Assembly (NCBI GenBank): GCA_016875875.1
Contig: VGOP01000008.1
Span: 19,834-83,833, forward strand
Length of the DNA: 64,000 nucleotides
Source: Chloroflexota bacterium
Lineage (GTDB): Bacteria > Chloroflexota > Dehalococcoidia > GIF9 > UBA5629
Direction: 5' to 3'
Shown here piece after piece: positions 10,063-20,001 of this stretch. A program made the position numbers and the translations under genes. The notes under the pieces were generated by a model. The model was given only the letters and a program-made list of their open reading frames with translations. It did no database searches and had not been told where the DNA came from. Within the stretch, counting starts at the first letter, position 1. Every line of letters begins with the position of its first letter.

Positions 10063-10684
10063 GTTTAGCCGTGGTGAAGAACTCAAGTTCCTTTCGCACT
10101 TAGATTTGATGAGGCTTTGGGAGAGGGCTCTACGTCGGGCTGGACTCCCGTTAGCTTATTCGGAAGGTTTTACTCCCCATCCGCAGATTGCCCTGGCAGC
10201 TCCTTTATTAGTGGGTGTGACCAGTGAAGCTGAGCTAATGGATGTCTTCCTGTCCCGATGGGTGTCTCCGCAATCTTTTATGGCTCAGGTAGGGGAGCAA
10301 TTACCTCGTGGCATCGAGCTGCTGGAGGTTTGGCCAGTTGGGCCGAAGGTTCCGTCACTTCAATCTCAGGTTAGATTTGTCGAGTATAGGGTTGAGCTAA
10401 AGACAGAAAAGGTGTCTCAGGACGTTGAGGCGGCTTTACAATCTTTCCTTTCAGCCAAGGAATTACCGTGGCACCATCTCAGAGATACAGGAGCCCGTTA
10501 CTATGATTTGCGTGCCCTGGTAGATGACCTGTGGCTTATCGATTGCCAAGATTCTTTGTGTGTTTTAGGCATGAGATTGCGCTGCGATGAAAGGGGCGCT
10601 GGCAGGCCGGAGCAAGTGGCTAAGGCTCTGGGTTTCTCCCAACGTCCTAAATCCATCCATCGCATCAATCTGATTTTGAGCTGA
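10043..10684 (+). CDS. Radical SAM-associated protein (DUF2344/TIGR03936 family)
   Basis: FLSHLDL..W.RALRRA.LP.AYSEGF.PHP motif. Confidence 0.88.
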   Translation: MQRLRLKFSRGEELKFLSHLDLMRLWERALRRAGLPLAYSEGFTPHPQIALAAPLLVGVTSEAELMDVFLSRWVSPQSFMAQVGEQLPRGIELLEVWPVGPKVPSLQSQVRFVEYRVELKTEKVSQDVEAALQSFLSAKELPWHHLRDTGARYYDLRALVDDLWLIDCQDSLCVLGMRLRCDERGAGRPEQVAKALGFSQRPKSIHRINLILS

Positions 10685-10702
10685 ATCGAAGTCGGTTAAG
10701 CA

Positions 10703-11833
10703 ATGCAGCTAGCAGAGCCTCGTTTAAATACTAAGCGTCAAGAACTGGCTAAGAAATACGCCAGGCTTATGAGGCGCCTGTCCTTTGCCGAGTTAGCAGT
10801 AGTCGGCGCACTGCTGCTAGCACTTATCTTCGGTGGTATCTCAGTCAAACTTGGCTATTTCCTAGCTTTTTCTCAACCCTGGGCATCGGCTTTGTATTTT
10901 GTTATTTTGGTAGTTGGTTTGGGGTTAATAATGATGCCGTTGTCCTATTACCAAGGCTTTATATTGCCACGACGTTACGGTTTGTCAAGTCAAAAGCTCG
11001 GTGCCTGGCTAGCAGATAGAGCTAAAGCCTCAGCCTTGGGCTTTTTATTAGGTTTGGCAATAGTTATCGCTATTTACTGGTTATTAGACCGCTTCCCAGA
11101 CTTCTGGTGGTTATGGGCTGGCATACTGTTATTTCTGCTCAGCTTGCTGCTAACGCGGCTAACGCCCACATTACTCTTGCCTATTTTCTTTAAGTTAGAG
11201 CCTCTCGGTGATGCGGAGCTTAAGCAAAGGTTGATGAATCTGGCAAAGCGTGTGCCAGCTCAGATTGTCGGTGTATTCACCATAGATTTGAGCAGCAAAG
11301 GCACTACAGCTAATGCCATGTTAGCCGGTTTGGGCAAGACGAGAAGTATTATTCTCAGTGATACTCTGCTCCAGCAATACACTGCGGAGGAGGTTGAAGT
11401 TATATTGGCACATGAATTGGGCCATCACCTCCACCGGGATATTCCCAAGCTTATCGCTATTCAAGCTGTCATGGTTCTGCTAGCCTTCTACCTGTCTGAT
11501 TGGGTTTTAAGAGCCAGTATCATGCCTTTGGGGTTTCAAGGGATTGCTGATGTAGCGGCCTTCCCTGTGCTGTTCCTATCTCTAGCCGCTTTTGGCTTGA
11601 TGGTAACGCCATTTATTAACGCCTATAGTCGTTATGTGGAGACATCGGCTGACGAGGCCGCCCTGGAACTGACGGCCAACCCACAGGCTTTCGTCACGGC
11701 AATGACCAAGCTCACTGACCAGAATCTGGCTGTAGCCGACCCCAGCCGTTGGGTGGAGCTATTATTTTATGACCATCCACCATATACTAAGCGAGTGGAT
11801 TTGGCTCGGCGCTATAATTTGAAGGTTCCTTAA
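10703..11833 (+). CDS. M48 (Ste24/HtpX-like) membrane zinc metalloprotease
   Basis: HELGH, E..AD and HPP...R motifs; multiple TM helices. Confidence 0.92.
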   Translation: MQLAEPRLNTKRQELAKKYARLMRRLSFAELAVVGALLLALIFGGISVKLGYFLAFSQPWASALYFVILVVGLGLIMMPLSYYQGFILPRRYGLSSQKLGAWLADRAKASALGFLLGLAIVIAIYWLLDRFPDFWWLWAGILLFLLSLLLTRLTPTLLLPIFFKLEPLGDAELKQRLMNLAKRVPAQIVGVFTIDLSSKGTTANAMLAGLGKTRSIILSDTLLQQYTAEEVEVILAHELGHHLHRDIPKLIAIQAVMVLLAFYLSDWVLRASIMPLGFQGIADVAAFPVLFLSLAAFGLMVTPFINAYSRYVETSADEAALELTANPQAFVTAMTKLTDQNLAVADPSRWVELLFYDHPPYTKRVDLARRYNLKVP

Positions 11834-11844
11834 GGAGGCAAGCG

Positions 11845-12456
11845 ATTAGACTTATTCTAGTTAGACATGGCGAAACTGCATGGAATCAGGAACGACGGAT
11901 TCAGGGTGGCAGCAGTGATGTTGAGTTAAGCGAGGTCGGGAGAAAACAAGCAGAGAGGCTGGGGCTGGCGCTACAGGAAACGAAAATCGACGCCATTTAT
12001 TCCAGCCCGTTAAAACGCGCTTTTGATACAGCGCAGGCTATTGCTAGCCACCATAATTTAACAGTGCAAGTGGAGCCCGATTTGCGGGAGATGGAGGTTG
12101 GTGAACTTGAAGGTGTATCTATAGCCGAACTTGGCACTAATTTTAGCCAGTTTTTGCTCCAGTGGCGGCAGGGGCAGGGCGTGAATAAATTGCCTGGTGG
12201 TGAGAGTGTAGTTGAAATGGCGGACAGGGTGTGGGCAACCATTCAGCCTATAATGAAGAGACATGAGGAGGAAACAGTAGTGGTGGTGAGCCATTTCTTT
12301 ACTGTTGTGGTCACTATCTGCAAAGCTCTGGTATGGCCACTCAGCTGCCTTGAGCGGATTAGAGTACAGACGGGCAGTATTAGTATAATTGAATTGGGAG
12401 ATGGGCAGACCCGCCTGGTATCATTGGGTGATACTTGTCATCTAAGAGAGGACTGA
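11845..12456 (+). CDS. Histidine phosphatase family protein; apparent ATT start
   Basis: Frame extends 5' of the ORF-track start to (I)RLILVRHGETAWN; SSPLKRA and VVVSH motifs; AGGAGG SD 6 nt before ATT. Confidence 0.88.
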   Translation: MRLILVRHGETAWNQERRIQGGSSDVELSEVGRKQAERLGLALQETKIDAIYSSPLKRAFDTAQAIASHHNLTVQVEPDLREMEVGELEGVSIAELGTNFSQFLLQWRQGQGVNKLPGGESVVEMADRVWATIQPIMKRHEEETVVVVSHFFTVVVTICKALVWPLSCLERIRVQTGSISIIELGDGQTRLVSLGDTCHLRED

Positions 12457-12457
12457 G

Positions 12458-13885
12458 TTGGCCAGGAAAGAGAAAACGCTGGAGCAAAAAGTTACCAGCT
12501 TTATCCGTGAGCATAGTCTTTTTTCAGCGGGTGACAAGCTGGTAGTGGCGGTATCCGGTGGCGCCGACTCAGTTTGTTTGCTTCATATGTTGGCGCAGCA
12601 GCGAAAAGAGCTGGGGATAGAACTGCATGTAGCTCATCTCAATCACCAGCTTCGAGATGCCGAATCTGATTCAGATGCCAGCTATGTTTCTGATTTGGCT
12701 TGTAGGTTGGGTGTGCCGGCAACGATTGAGTGTCGAGACGTGGCAGCATATCGTGACCAGAAAGGTGGCTCCTTGGAGGAAGCCGCCCGGGAGATACGCT
12801 ATGGCTTTTTGGCCGAAGTAGCCAATAAGATAGGTGCCTCTAAGGTGGTGGTGGGACATACCCGTGATGACCATATTGAGACTATTCTTATGCATCTACT
12901 GCGTGGGGCGGGTACAGCAGGACTGTGTGGCCTGCAGTCTTGTTCCATATTGCCATACGGAGAAAACAGTGGGTGGCTTGAAGTAGTGCGCCCATTGCTT
13001 GATATTACACGGCAGGAAACGCTGGACTACTGCCAGCGATACAACCTGGCTCCGCGGAGCGATTCCTCCAATGTATCGCCAACTTTTCTCAGAAACCGCA
13101 TTCGCCTTGAGCTGATACCTGTGCTCAGAAGTTACAACACAAATATTGATGAGGCTTTTATCAGGCTAGCAGCTATTGCTGGCGATGACATCTCTTTTAT
13201 CGAAGAGCAGGCTTCATTGTTGTGGGATGAGCTAGCTAAGGAGGAGGCTGGTGCAATATACCTGGATATAAACAAGTTGATTGACTTGCCGCGTGCCATA
13301 CAGAGACAGGTCTTTAGAATGGCAATTAAGCAGTTCCGTGGTAATCTTAAGGACATCGAGGCTGACCACATTGAGGCAATGATAGATTTTCTATCGAAAC
13401 CAGCGGGCAAAAGATTATGCCTCCCGGATGGTTTGACGTTGTCTACAGAGTATAGTCATCTGGTCTTAGCATCGGCTCAGGCTTCGATATGCCCATTACC
13501 TTCTCTCAGAGGCGCTTCAGATATTAATATTCCCGGCGAAACTGATTTGCCTGGCTGGCGGGTTAGAGCGGATATAATTCAAGAGGTGGTTGGCGATGAC
13601 AATGGTCTTGCTGCCAGCTTCGATTTGGCTAAGGTCGGTAGAGAATTGACAGTGCGGAGACGCAGACCTGGTGACCGTTTCCAGCCCCTGGGTATGAGTC
13701 AAACCAAGAAGCTCCAGGACTTCATGGTTGATTCCAGGATTCCCCGTTCCTGGAGAGACCGTGTACCATTGGTTTGCTCGCCAAAGCAAATATTATGGGT
13801 TGTCGGCTGGAGAATAGATGATAGGGTTAAGGTCACTGAAAATACGAAGGAGATACTGTGCCTACGGTTTGAAAGGTTAACCTGA
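12458..13885 (+). CDS. tilS: tRNA(Ile)-lysidine synthetase
   Basis: AVSGGADS PP-loop, EEAAR..RY, GHTRDD, RNRIR motifs and TilS C-terminal domain. Confidence 0.95.
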   Translation: MARKEKTLEQKVTSFIREHSLFSAGDKLVVAVSGGADSVCLLHMLAQQRKELGIELHVAHLNHQLRDAESDSDASYVSDLACRLGVPATIECRDVAAYRDQKGGSLEEAAREIRYGFLAEVANKIGASKVVVGHTRDDHIETILMHLLRGAGTAGLCGLQSCSILPYGENSGWLEVVRPLLDITRQETLDYCQRYNLAPRSDSSNVSPTFLRNRIRLELIPVLRSYNTNIDEAFIRLAAIAGDDISFIEEQASLLWDELAKEEAGAIYLDINKLIDLPRAIQRQVFRMAIKQFRGNLKDIEADHIEAMIDFLSKPAGKRLCLPDGLTLSTEYSHLVLASAQASICPLPSLRGASDINIPGETDLPGWRVRADIIQEVVGDDNGLAASFDLAKVGRELTVRRRRPGDRFQPLGMSQTKKLQDFMVDSRIPRSWRDRVPLVCSPKQILWVVGWRIDDRVKVTENTKEILCLRFERLT

Positions 13886-14139
13886 TGGCAGTGGATTTGG
13901 AATTGCGTCTACGTCGGCTTACGGTGGATGAGGCTTTGCCAAAGCTCGACCGTTACCTTAATGCTGCCTTCATGGCTGGGCTACCTTATGTGCGCATTGT
14001 CCATGGCAAAGGGACGGGGGTGCTGCGCCAGGCAGTGCACGAGATATTGGCAGAACATCCTCTGGTCAAATCCCATCGCCTGGCTGATTATGGTGAGGGT
14101 GGACTGGGGGTCACCGTAGTGGAACTGGCAAATCATTAG
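13885..14139 (+). CDS. Stand-alone Smr/MutS2 domain protein
   Basis: IVHGKGTGVLR and EGG.GVTVVEL motifs. Confidence 0.9.
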   Translation: MAVDLELRLRRLTVDEALPKLDRYLNAAFMAGLPYVRIVHGKGTGVLRQAVHEILAEHPLVKSHRLADYGEGGLGVTVVELANH

Positions 14140-14161
14140 ATTGAGTTTGTTGTGTGATTCA

Positions 14162-14270
14162 TTTCTGTCATTGCGAGCGAAGCGTGGCAATCTCCAAATA
14201 GGTCGAGCCCCCGAGGTTAAAACCTCGGGGCTACACGTTAAAAATAATGCCAGGCTAAAGCCTGGCTGCT
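14162..14270. repeat. Cluster of REP-like palindromes
   Basis: 33-nt unit at 14162-14194 is the exact reverse complement of 26892-26924; hairpins CCCCGAGGTT-A-AAACCTCGGGG and GCCAGGCTAAAGCCTGGC, both followed by CTAC. Confidence 0.75.
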
Positions 14271-14307
14271 ACTCGCAATGACAGTTAGAAACAAAAGGAG
14301 GCAATTT

Positions 14308-14979
14308 ATGAACAAAATAGGTGAACGGCGTGAGCGGTTGCCGCTGCGTTTTCCCTTCAAAAAGGCAATGGAGAATTTCCGCTCCACGTGTTTGAGTCGT
14401 GACGACTATGACCCGGCGACCACCTTTGTCTGGGGACAGATGATGGCTCTGGGGGTATTGCGAATATTGCAGGCGGTCGAGGAGCGTTTCGGTGCTGAAG
14501 GACAGGAGGTATGCAGACGTGCTATAAACGACCTGGGAAGGGAAATTTTTCTGGAGATGGCTTCGGGAGTTGAAATCCCTCCAGATTTGAGCGATATAGA
14601 GGTGGCTTCGTTGATGGCTAGCTGGTTGAATGAGGTCCTGTACGCCTCTATAGAGGAGACCTTTATTAAGAACCAGGATGAGGCTGGTTTTCACATTCTC
14701 TATTGCCCGCATCAGGATGTTTATCAGCCTTTCGACTGCCGAGTGCAGCGATATTTTGTTGAGGGCACTATGCAGGCAGCACGTGAGCTATGGGGTGATA
14801 GGGGCAATTTCGATGCTTTCTTCCGTTACTCCATCCCTCAAGGCCGTGAAACTTGCCTTTTTGAGATGAAGACTAGAGAAGGTGAGGCAGACCCCTGGCG
14901 GCAGTATAGTGAGGAGCTTCAGCAACGTGCCTTAGAACGCATAAAGCTTAAGAAACAGGGAAAAAAGGGGCAAAGATAG
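14308..14979 (+). CDS. Hypothetical protein, possibly V4R/ATC-hydrolase-like ligand-binding fold
   Basis: AAGGAGG SD; CP..DC...G..TC pattern. Confidence 0.6.
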   Translation: MNKIGERRERLPLRFPFKKAMENFRSTCLSRDDYDPATTFVWGQMMALGVLRILQAVEERFGAEGQEVCRRAINDLGREIFLEMASGVEIPPDLSDIEVASLMASWLNEVLYASIEETFIKNQDEAGFHILYCPHQDVYQPFDCRVQRYFVEGTMQAARELWGDRGNFDAFFRYSIPQGRETCLFEMKTREGEADPWRQYSEELQQRALERIKLKKQGKKGQR

Positions 14980-15056
14980 ACTCGGCCAAGCGATTTCAAT
15001 TAAAGTTTGTTATCATGTCACCCTGAGCAGCAGCAAAGGGTCCTAGGTTCTGTAAC

Positions 15057-16322
15057 ATGGGAAAACAAGCAATGAACGCAAAGACTGTAGTCCTACCCAG
15101 ACAAATGTGGTATGAGGAGGGAGAACTGCAATTGACATTCCCTGAGTCATGGGAGGTGGTGCCTTGCCTGATGAACGGGCACGACATTCCTCAGATAACC
15201 CCGGAACAGATAAAAGCTGCCTTTAATAATCCTGTAGGCAGTCCTACCCTTAGAAAACTGGCCCGAGGCAGAGCCGAAGTGGCCATAATCTTCGATGATA
15301 TCTCGCGTCCTACCAGAGTTGCTGATTTGATACCATACGTTCTGAGGGAGCTAGAGGCAGCAGGCATTCCTGATGATGCTATCAGATTCATCTGTGCCAC
15401 TGGTGCCCATGGCGCGCATACCTTCCAGGACTTTCAAAATAAGCTGGGCAGCGAGATATTGGACAGGTTCCCGGCTTATAATCACAATATCTATGAGAAC
15501 TGCACCTATGTGGGGCAGACCTCACAGGGTACCAAGCTATCCGTCAATTCCGAGGTAATGAACTGCGACCTGAAGATCGGTATTGGTTCTGTGGTCCCGC
15601 ATGCCCAAACCGGTTTCGGTGGTGGTGGCAAAATTGTCCTGCCCGGCATAGCTTCCATAGAATCGATCGAGGCTTTCCATTTGTTGGAGATAAAAGCCAA
15701 AGAGGAAGGTCGGGGGAATACTGTGGGCCCGGGCAATTGGGCTGAAAATCCCATGGTTCGTGATTTTAACGAGGCAGCAAAAATGGTGGGTCTTGACTTC
15801 AAAGTTGATACCATAATCAATGGTCAGGGAGAACCCTGCGCTATATTTGCCGGTGAGCCTCAAGCTGAATACTACGAGGCGGTTAAGTTTGCCGTGCCAC
15901 ACTATGCTACAAAACCTGTGCCAGGTGCCGATGTGGTGGTAGTGAATGCTTACAGCAAAGGTAATGAAGCTATAGTTGGCTTACTTATAGGCATACCGAT
16001 GCTGATAGAGAAAGGCGGCGACATGGTATTAATCATGGACTGTCCTGCTGGCCAGGTGGTGCATTATCTACTGGGCAGTTTTGGCAGGAGCACAAGGGGG
16101 CGCTTATTCAACGCTGTTAACTTCCAGCTACCGTGGTTGAAGAAGCTGGTGGTATTGTCGCCGCAATTTGAGAAATCAATGGCCGACTGGCTGGCTATAC
16201 CAGATACTATATGGGTAAAGACCTGGCCAGAGGTGATAGATGTTCTAACGCATGATTTTCCAAGTGGTGCCCGGGTGGCGGTTGTTCCTGATGGCACAAT
16301 CCAATACGTGTCGTGGTCTTAG
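15057..16322 (+). CDS. LarA-family nickel-pincer racemase/epimerase (DUF2088)
   Basis: DDISRPT, GAH, HN and PH..GFGGGGK..LPG motifs. Confidence 0.85.
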   Translation: MGKQAMNAKTVVLPRQMWYEEGELQLTFPESWEVVPCLMNGHDIPQITPEQIKAAFNNPVGSPTLRKLARGRAEVAIIFDDISRPTRVADLIPYVLRELEAAGIPDDAIRFICATGAHGAHTFQDFQNKLGSEILDRFPAYNHNIYENCTYVGQTSQGTKLSVNSEVMNCDLKIGIGSVVPHAQTGFGGGGKIVLPGIASIESIEAFHLLEIKAKEEGRGNTVGPGNWAENPMVRDFNEAAKMVGLDFKVDTIINGQGEPCAIFAGEPQAEYYEAVKFAVPHYATKPVPGADVVVVNAYSKGNEAIVGLLIGIPMLIEKGGDMVLIMDCPAGQVVHYLLGSFGRSTRGRLFNAVNFQLPWLKKLVVLSPQFEKSMADWLAIPDTIWVKTWPEVIDVLTHDFPSGARVAVVPDGTIQYVSWS

Positions 16323-16341
16323 TTTTCAGAGGAGGCTGGAG

Positions 16342-17079
16342 ATGTCTACAGCAACTACGGAGCTTATAGAGCAGTTCAAGGCAGAGGCTACGCGGGCTGG
16401 TTCGATAGTGTATGAAGCTAAAGACACCGGTGATATCAACGACTATATACTAAAGCTGGCGCGGGAGCGCGATGTGAAGCATGCGGTTAAGTCGAAATCC
16501 GCGGTGGCTAATGAGATTGGATTGAGGGGATATCTTGAGAAAGCCGGCATCGAGGTAAAAGAGACCGACCTTGACGAATGGATTGCCCAGATAGCCGGGC
16601 AGAGGCCAGCCAAGCAGAAAAGCGTTGAGCAGGTGGCTGAGCTTATCTCCAAGGCAACAGGCAAGAAGCTAAACCCCGACCCTCAGGTTTTATTGAACGC
16701 AGCCTGGCGAGCATTGAGAAAGTCTTATATCGATGCCGATCTGGGTATATCAGAGGCAGATGTTGCCATAGCTGAGACAGGGACTTTAGTCGTAGCGAGC
16801 AACGAGGGCAATTCGCGCCTGGTTGCTGTCTTACCTCGTTTCCACCTGACGATAGTCGACTGTGGAAACATAGTCCCGACCATGGAAGACGCTGCTGCCA
16901 GGCTTAAGTCGCTTGTCGGGCGATCGCCAAGTCAGAGAATATCGAGCTATGCCACCTATATCACCGGCAGAAATACAACTGCCGATATACCCGGTGCCAT
17001 ATTAGCCAGGGCTCAGGGGCCTGCAGAGGAGCACATTGTGCTGGTGAAAAAGGCTACAGGTAAGCGAGGTGCAAAATGA
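16342..17079 (+). CDS. LUD-domain protein, paralog of the LutB N-terminus
   Basis: VKSKS, ETDL.EW, IAETGTL...NEGN motifs; GGAGG SD. Confidence 0.85.
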   Translation: MSTATTELIEQFKAEATRAGSIVYEAKDTGDINDYILKLARERDVKHAVKSKSAVANEIGLRGYLEKAGIEVKETDLDEWIAQIAGQRPAKQKSVEQVAELISKATGKKLNPDPQVLLNAAWRALRKSYIDADLGISEADVAIAETGTLVVASNEGNSRLVAVLPRFHLTIVDCGNIVPTMEDAAARLKSLVGRSPSQRISSYATYITGRNTTADIPGAILARAQGPAEEHIVLVKKATGKRGAK

Positions 17080-19229
17080 GCCGTGCCATGACCAAGCGCG
17101 TGCATAAGGCACTAGCGGACGAAAATCTACAGACCGCCCTTACCAGACTGATGGTGCTGATTAAATTTGCGCGTCAGATAGCATTCACTGACCTTGATTT
17201 TGATTCTTTAAGCAAAGAAATCCGCAGTATAAAGGAAAAGTCCATCGCCAACCTTCCGCAATTGGTGGAGCAGTTTAAGGCAGAAGCAACCAAGGCTGGT
17301 GCCGTGGTGTATGAAGCTGAGGATGACGAGGATGCCAATAGTTATGTGCTAAAGCTGGCGCAGGGACGAGGTGTGAAACATATAGTCAAGTCGAAGTCCA
17401 TGCTTGGTGAGGAAATCGAGTTGAGGGAACATCTTGAAAAAGCCGGCATCGAGGTAACGGAAACCGACATAGGAGAGTGGCTTGTCCAGTTGGCTGGGGA
17501 AAGGCCAGCGCATATAACGGGGCCGGCGATACATAAGACCATTGAACAGGTGGCTGAGCTTATCTCCAAGGCAACAGGTGAAAAGCTTGGCCCTGATCCT
17601 CAGGCTCTGCTGGATGCGGCGCGTCGTGCTTTAAGGCAGTCTTATATTGATGCCGACATGGGCATGTCAGGAGCCAATATCGCCATAGCTGAGACCGGAA
17701 CCCTAGTTATCGTGACCAACGAAGGGAATGGCTGCATGGCAACCACCCTGCCTCCGGTGCATGTGGCAGTGGTCGGTTATGAGAAGTTGGTCTCTAGATG
17801 GGAAGATGCGGCTACCATATTCAGACTGCTCAGCCGATGCACTGTGGGTATGAAGATGCCAGTATATGTCTCTCATATCACCGGGCCTAGTCGTACTAGC
17901 GTCATTCCTGGGGTCACACTGCGTGGTGCCAGTGGCCCTGGTGAAGTCCATATAGTCTTGGTGGATAATGGGCGCTGGCAGATGAGAGAATCCGCTGATT
18001 TCAGGGAGGCGCTGTATTGCATTAAGTGTGGTGCCTGTCTCAACGTCTGTCCGGTTTTCGCCTCGCTTGCCGGGCAGGTTTACGGCTATATATACCAGGG
18101 TGGCATTGGCGCCATATTAACTGCATTTTTACATAGCATGGACGAGGCGGAGGAGGTGGCGAGCTTATGCCTGGGCTGCATGGCCTGTAAGGAAGCCTGT
18201 CCTGCCCGAATTGATATACCGGGGATGATAACGCGGTTAAGAGCCAGTTTGGCAGAGGAAAAAGGCTTGCCGTGGATGAGCAAGATGGTCTACCGGAGCA
18301 TCTTGAAGCACCCGCAAAGATTAGATAGAACGATAAGAATCGGCTCATACTTACAACAGCCTTTCGTTGACAAAGACCTTATGATAAGGCGGCTTCCCTA
18401 TCCATTGAATTCGCTGACGCGGACCATCAGCCTTCCGGCGCTGTCGCATCAGCCATTGCGTGACAGACTGAAGGACTACCCGACGCCAAAGGAAGTGGGC
18501 AAGCCTAAGGTGGCTTTCTATTCCGGCTGTGTGGCCGCCTATGCCTACCCTGAAATCGGTGAAGATGTGCTGAAGGTCGTGAAAGAATTTGGCGCAGAGC
18601 TTTACTATCCGATAGAGCAAGCGTGTTGTGGCGCACCGGCGTTGTTTGCTGGCGATACTGAAACCGCTCTCAGTTTGGCCAAGACGAACATCGCTGCGCT
18701 TGAAGAGATGAGCCCAGATTATATTGTTACCGTATGTCCCGGCTGCGCCGCTGTGCTACAGCGAGAGTATCTGGAGTTGACCGCTGGTGAGCTTGAGTGG
18801 AAGCAGCGAGCCAGAGCCATTTCCAACAAAATTCGTGACTTCTCGCAGCTAGTCCTAGAACTGAAGCCTTCAGCAGAAAAAAAGCCCTCACGAAACCAGA
18901 AAATCACTTACCACGACCCCTGTCATTTAAGGCGGGGACTCGGTGTTTTTAATGAGCCCAGGCAACTGCTGGAACGGGAAGGCTTTGAGTTGGTTGAGAT
19001 GGCAGATGCCGATGCCTGCTGTGGCTTTGGCGGTCATGTTGTGCTCGCTTACCCGGAGCTGTCTGCTTCGATTCTGAAGCGAAAGCTTAATAGCATCGAG
19101 GCAACTGGCATTGACACTGTAGTTACAAATTGCCTACCTTGCGTTCTCCATCTCAGAGGCGGCCTAGACAAGCGCCAGAGCAAAATCAAGGTAGTGCACA
19201 GCGCCGAACTTCTGGCGAGGTCCTTGTAA
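17076..19229 (+). CDS. LutB-like 2-hydroxyacid dehydrogenase: LUD + 2x[4Fe-4S] + CCG domains
   Basis: LUD domain, two CxxCxxCxxxCP motifs, CCG motifs, YHDPCHL. Confidence 0.88.
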   Translation: MSRAMTKRVHKALADENLQTALTRLMVLIKFARQIAFTDLDFDSLSKEIRSIKEKSIANLPQLVEQFKAEATKAGAVVYEAEDDEDANSYVLKLAQGRGVKHIVKSKSMLGEEIELREHLEKAGIEVTETDIGEWLVQLAGERPAHITGPAIHKTIEQVAELISKATGEKLGPDPQALLDAARRALRQSYIDADMGMSGANIAIAETGTLVIVTNEGNGCMATTLPPVHVAVVGYEKLVSRWEDAATIFRLLSRCTVGMKMPVYVSHITGPSRTSVIPGVTLRGASGPGEVHIVLVDNGRWQMRESADFREALYCIKCGACLNVCPVFASLAGQVYGYIYQGGIGAILTAFLHSMDEAEEVASLCLGCMACKEACPARIDIPGMITRLRASLAEEKGLPWMSKMVYRSILKHPQRLDRTIRIGSYLQQPFVDKDLMIRRLPYPLNSLTRTISLPALSHQPLRDRLKDYPTPKEVGKPKVAFYSGCVAAYAYPEIGEDVLKVVKEFGAELYYPIEQACCGAPALFAGDTETALSLAKTNIAALEEMSPDYIVTVCPGCAAVLQREYLELTAGELEWKQRARAISNKIRDFSQLVLELKPSAEKKPSRNQKITYHDPCHLRRGLGVFNEPRQLLEREGFELVEMADADACCGFGGHVVLAYPELSASILKRKLNSIEATGIDTVVTNCLPCVLHLRGGLDKRQSKIKVVHSAELLARSL

Positions 19230-19264
19230 GTAACGTGGTTGGGCTAGGCGTCTAGTAAACAATC
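19166..19264 (+). repeat. Direct repeat copy A (lutB 3' end plus downstream sequence)
   Basis: Near-identical to 20789-20909. Confidence 0.9.
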
Positions 19265-19321
19265 TGACGTTGTTGTCAACACTTTTTGGAGTAAAATTAG
19301 CGAAATATCATCATGTGACAC

Positions 19322-19379
19322 TTGACAACTTTAATCTGTGTAGTAAAATATACTGCAATAGCAGTAAATAATACTGCAA
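19322..19379 (+). promoter_or_regulatory. Promoter with tandem palindromic operators upstream of the TA pair
   Basis: TTGACA..TAAAAT overlapped by two G(T/C)AGTA-N5-TACTGC units. Confidence 0.65.
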
Positions 19380-19392
19380 TTATATAAAAACG

Positions 19393-20001
19393 ATGCTAGA
19401 AGCTCTTTTAGGGTCAAAGCTAAGGTCAAAAGTGCTGGGCTGGTTATTCACTCATCCCGATGAGCGCTATTTTGTTCGTCAGCTCACTAGCTTAGTGAAG
19501 GAAGATTCGACCAATGTGAGCCGTGAATTGGCTCGCCTGGAGAAGGCCGGTATTCTTGTTTCGACTACAGAGGGGAAACAAAAGTATTATCAGGCAAATC
19601 GGCAAAGCCCCCTTTTTAATGAGCTGCATGGATTGATGCTTAAGACTGTGGGTATGGCAGATATTATTAAGAAGGCTTTGGAGCCCCGCATTGCAGATAT
19701 TAAGCTGGCGTTTATTTTCGGCTCAGTAGCCAAGAGAGCCGAGAATAGGTTCAGTGACATAGACCTGCTCGTTGTGGGAAATATCACCTTTGGTGAAGTA
19801 GTTGACCTTATTACAACTGCAGAAGGGACTTTGAACCGTGAATTGAACCCCGTGGTCTATGCATTGGCAGAGTTCAATAAGAGATTGTCAGAAAACCATT
19901 ACTTTGTCAGTGATATACTATCAGGCGATAAAATATTCATAGTCGGGGATGAAAATGAGCTTCAGTCTCTGGTTGGGAAAAGGCTGGTTAAAGGAACATA
20001 A
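19393..20001 (+). CDS. HTH + minimal nucleotidyltransferase (MNT) antitoxin
   Basis: N-terminal winged HTH; FGS.A.......SDIDL motif. Confidence 0.88.
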   Translation: MLEALLGSKLRSKVLGWLFTHPDERYFVRQLTSLVKEDSTNVSRELARLEKAGILVSTTEGKQKYYQANRQSPLFNELHGLMLKTVGMADIIKKALEPRIADIKLAFIFGSVAKRAENRFSDIDLLVVGNITFGEVVDLITTAEGTLNRELNPVVYALAEFNKRLSENHYFVSDILSGDKIFIVGDENELQSLVGKRLVKGT

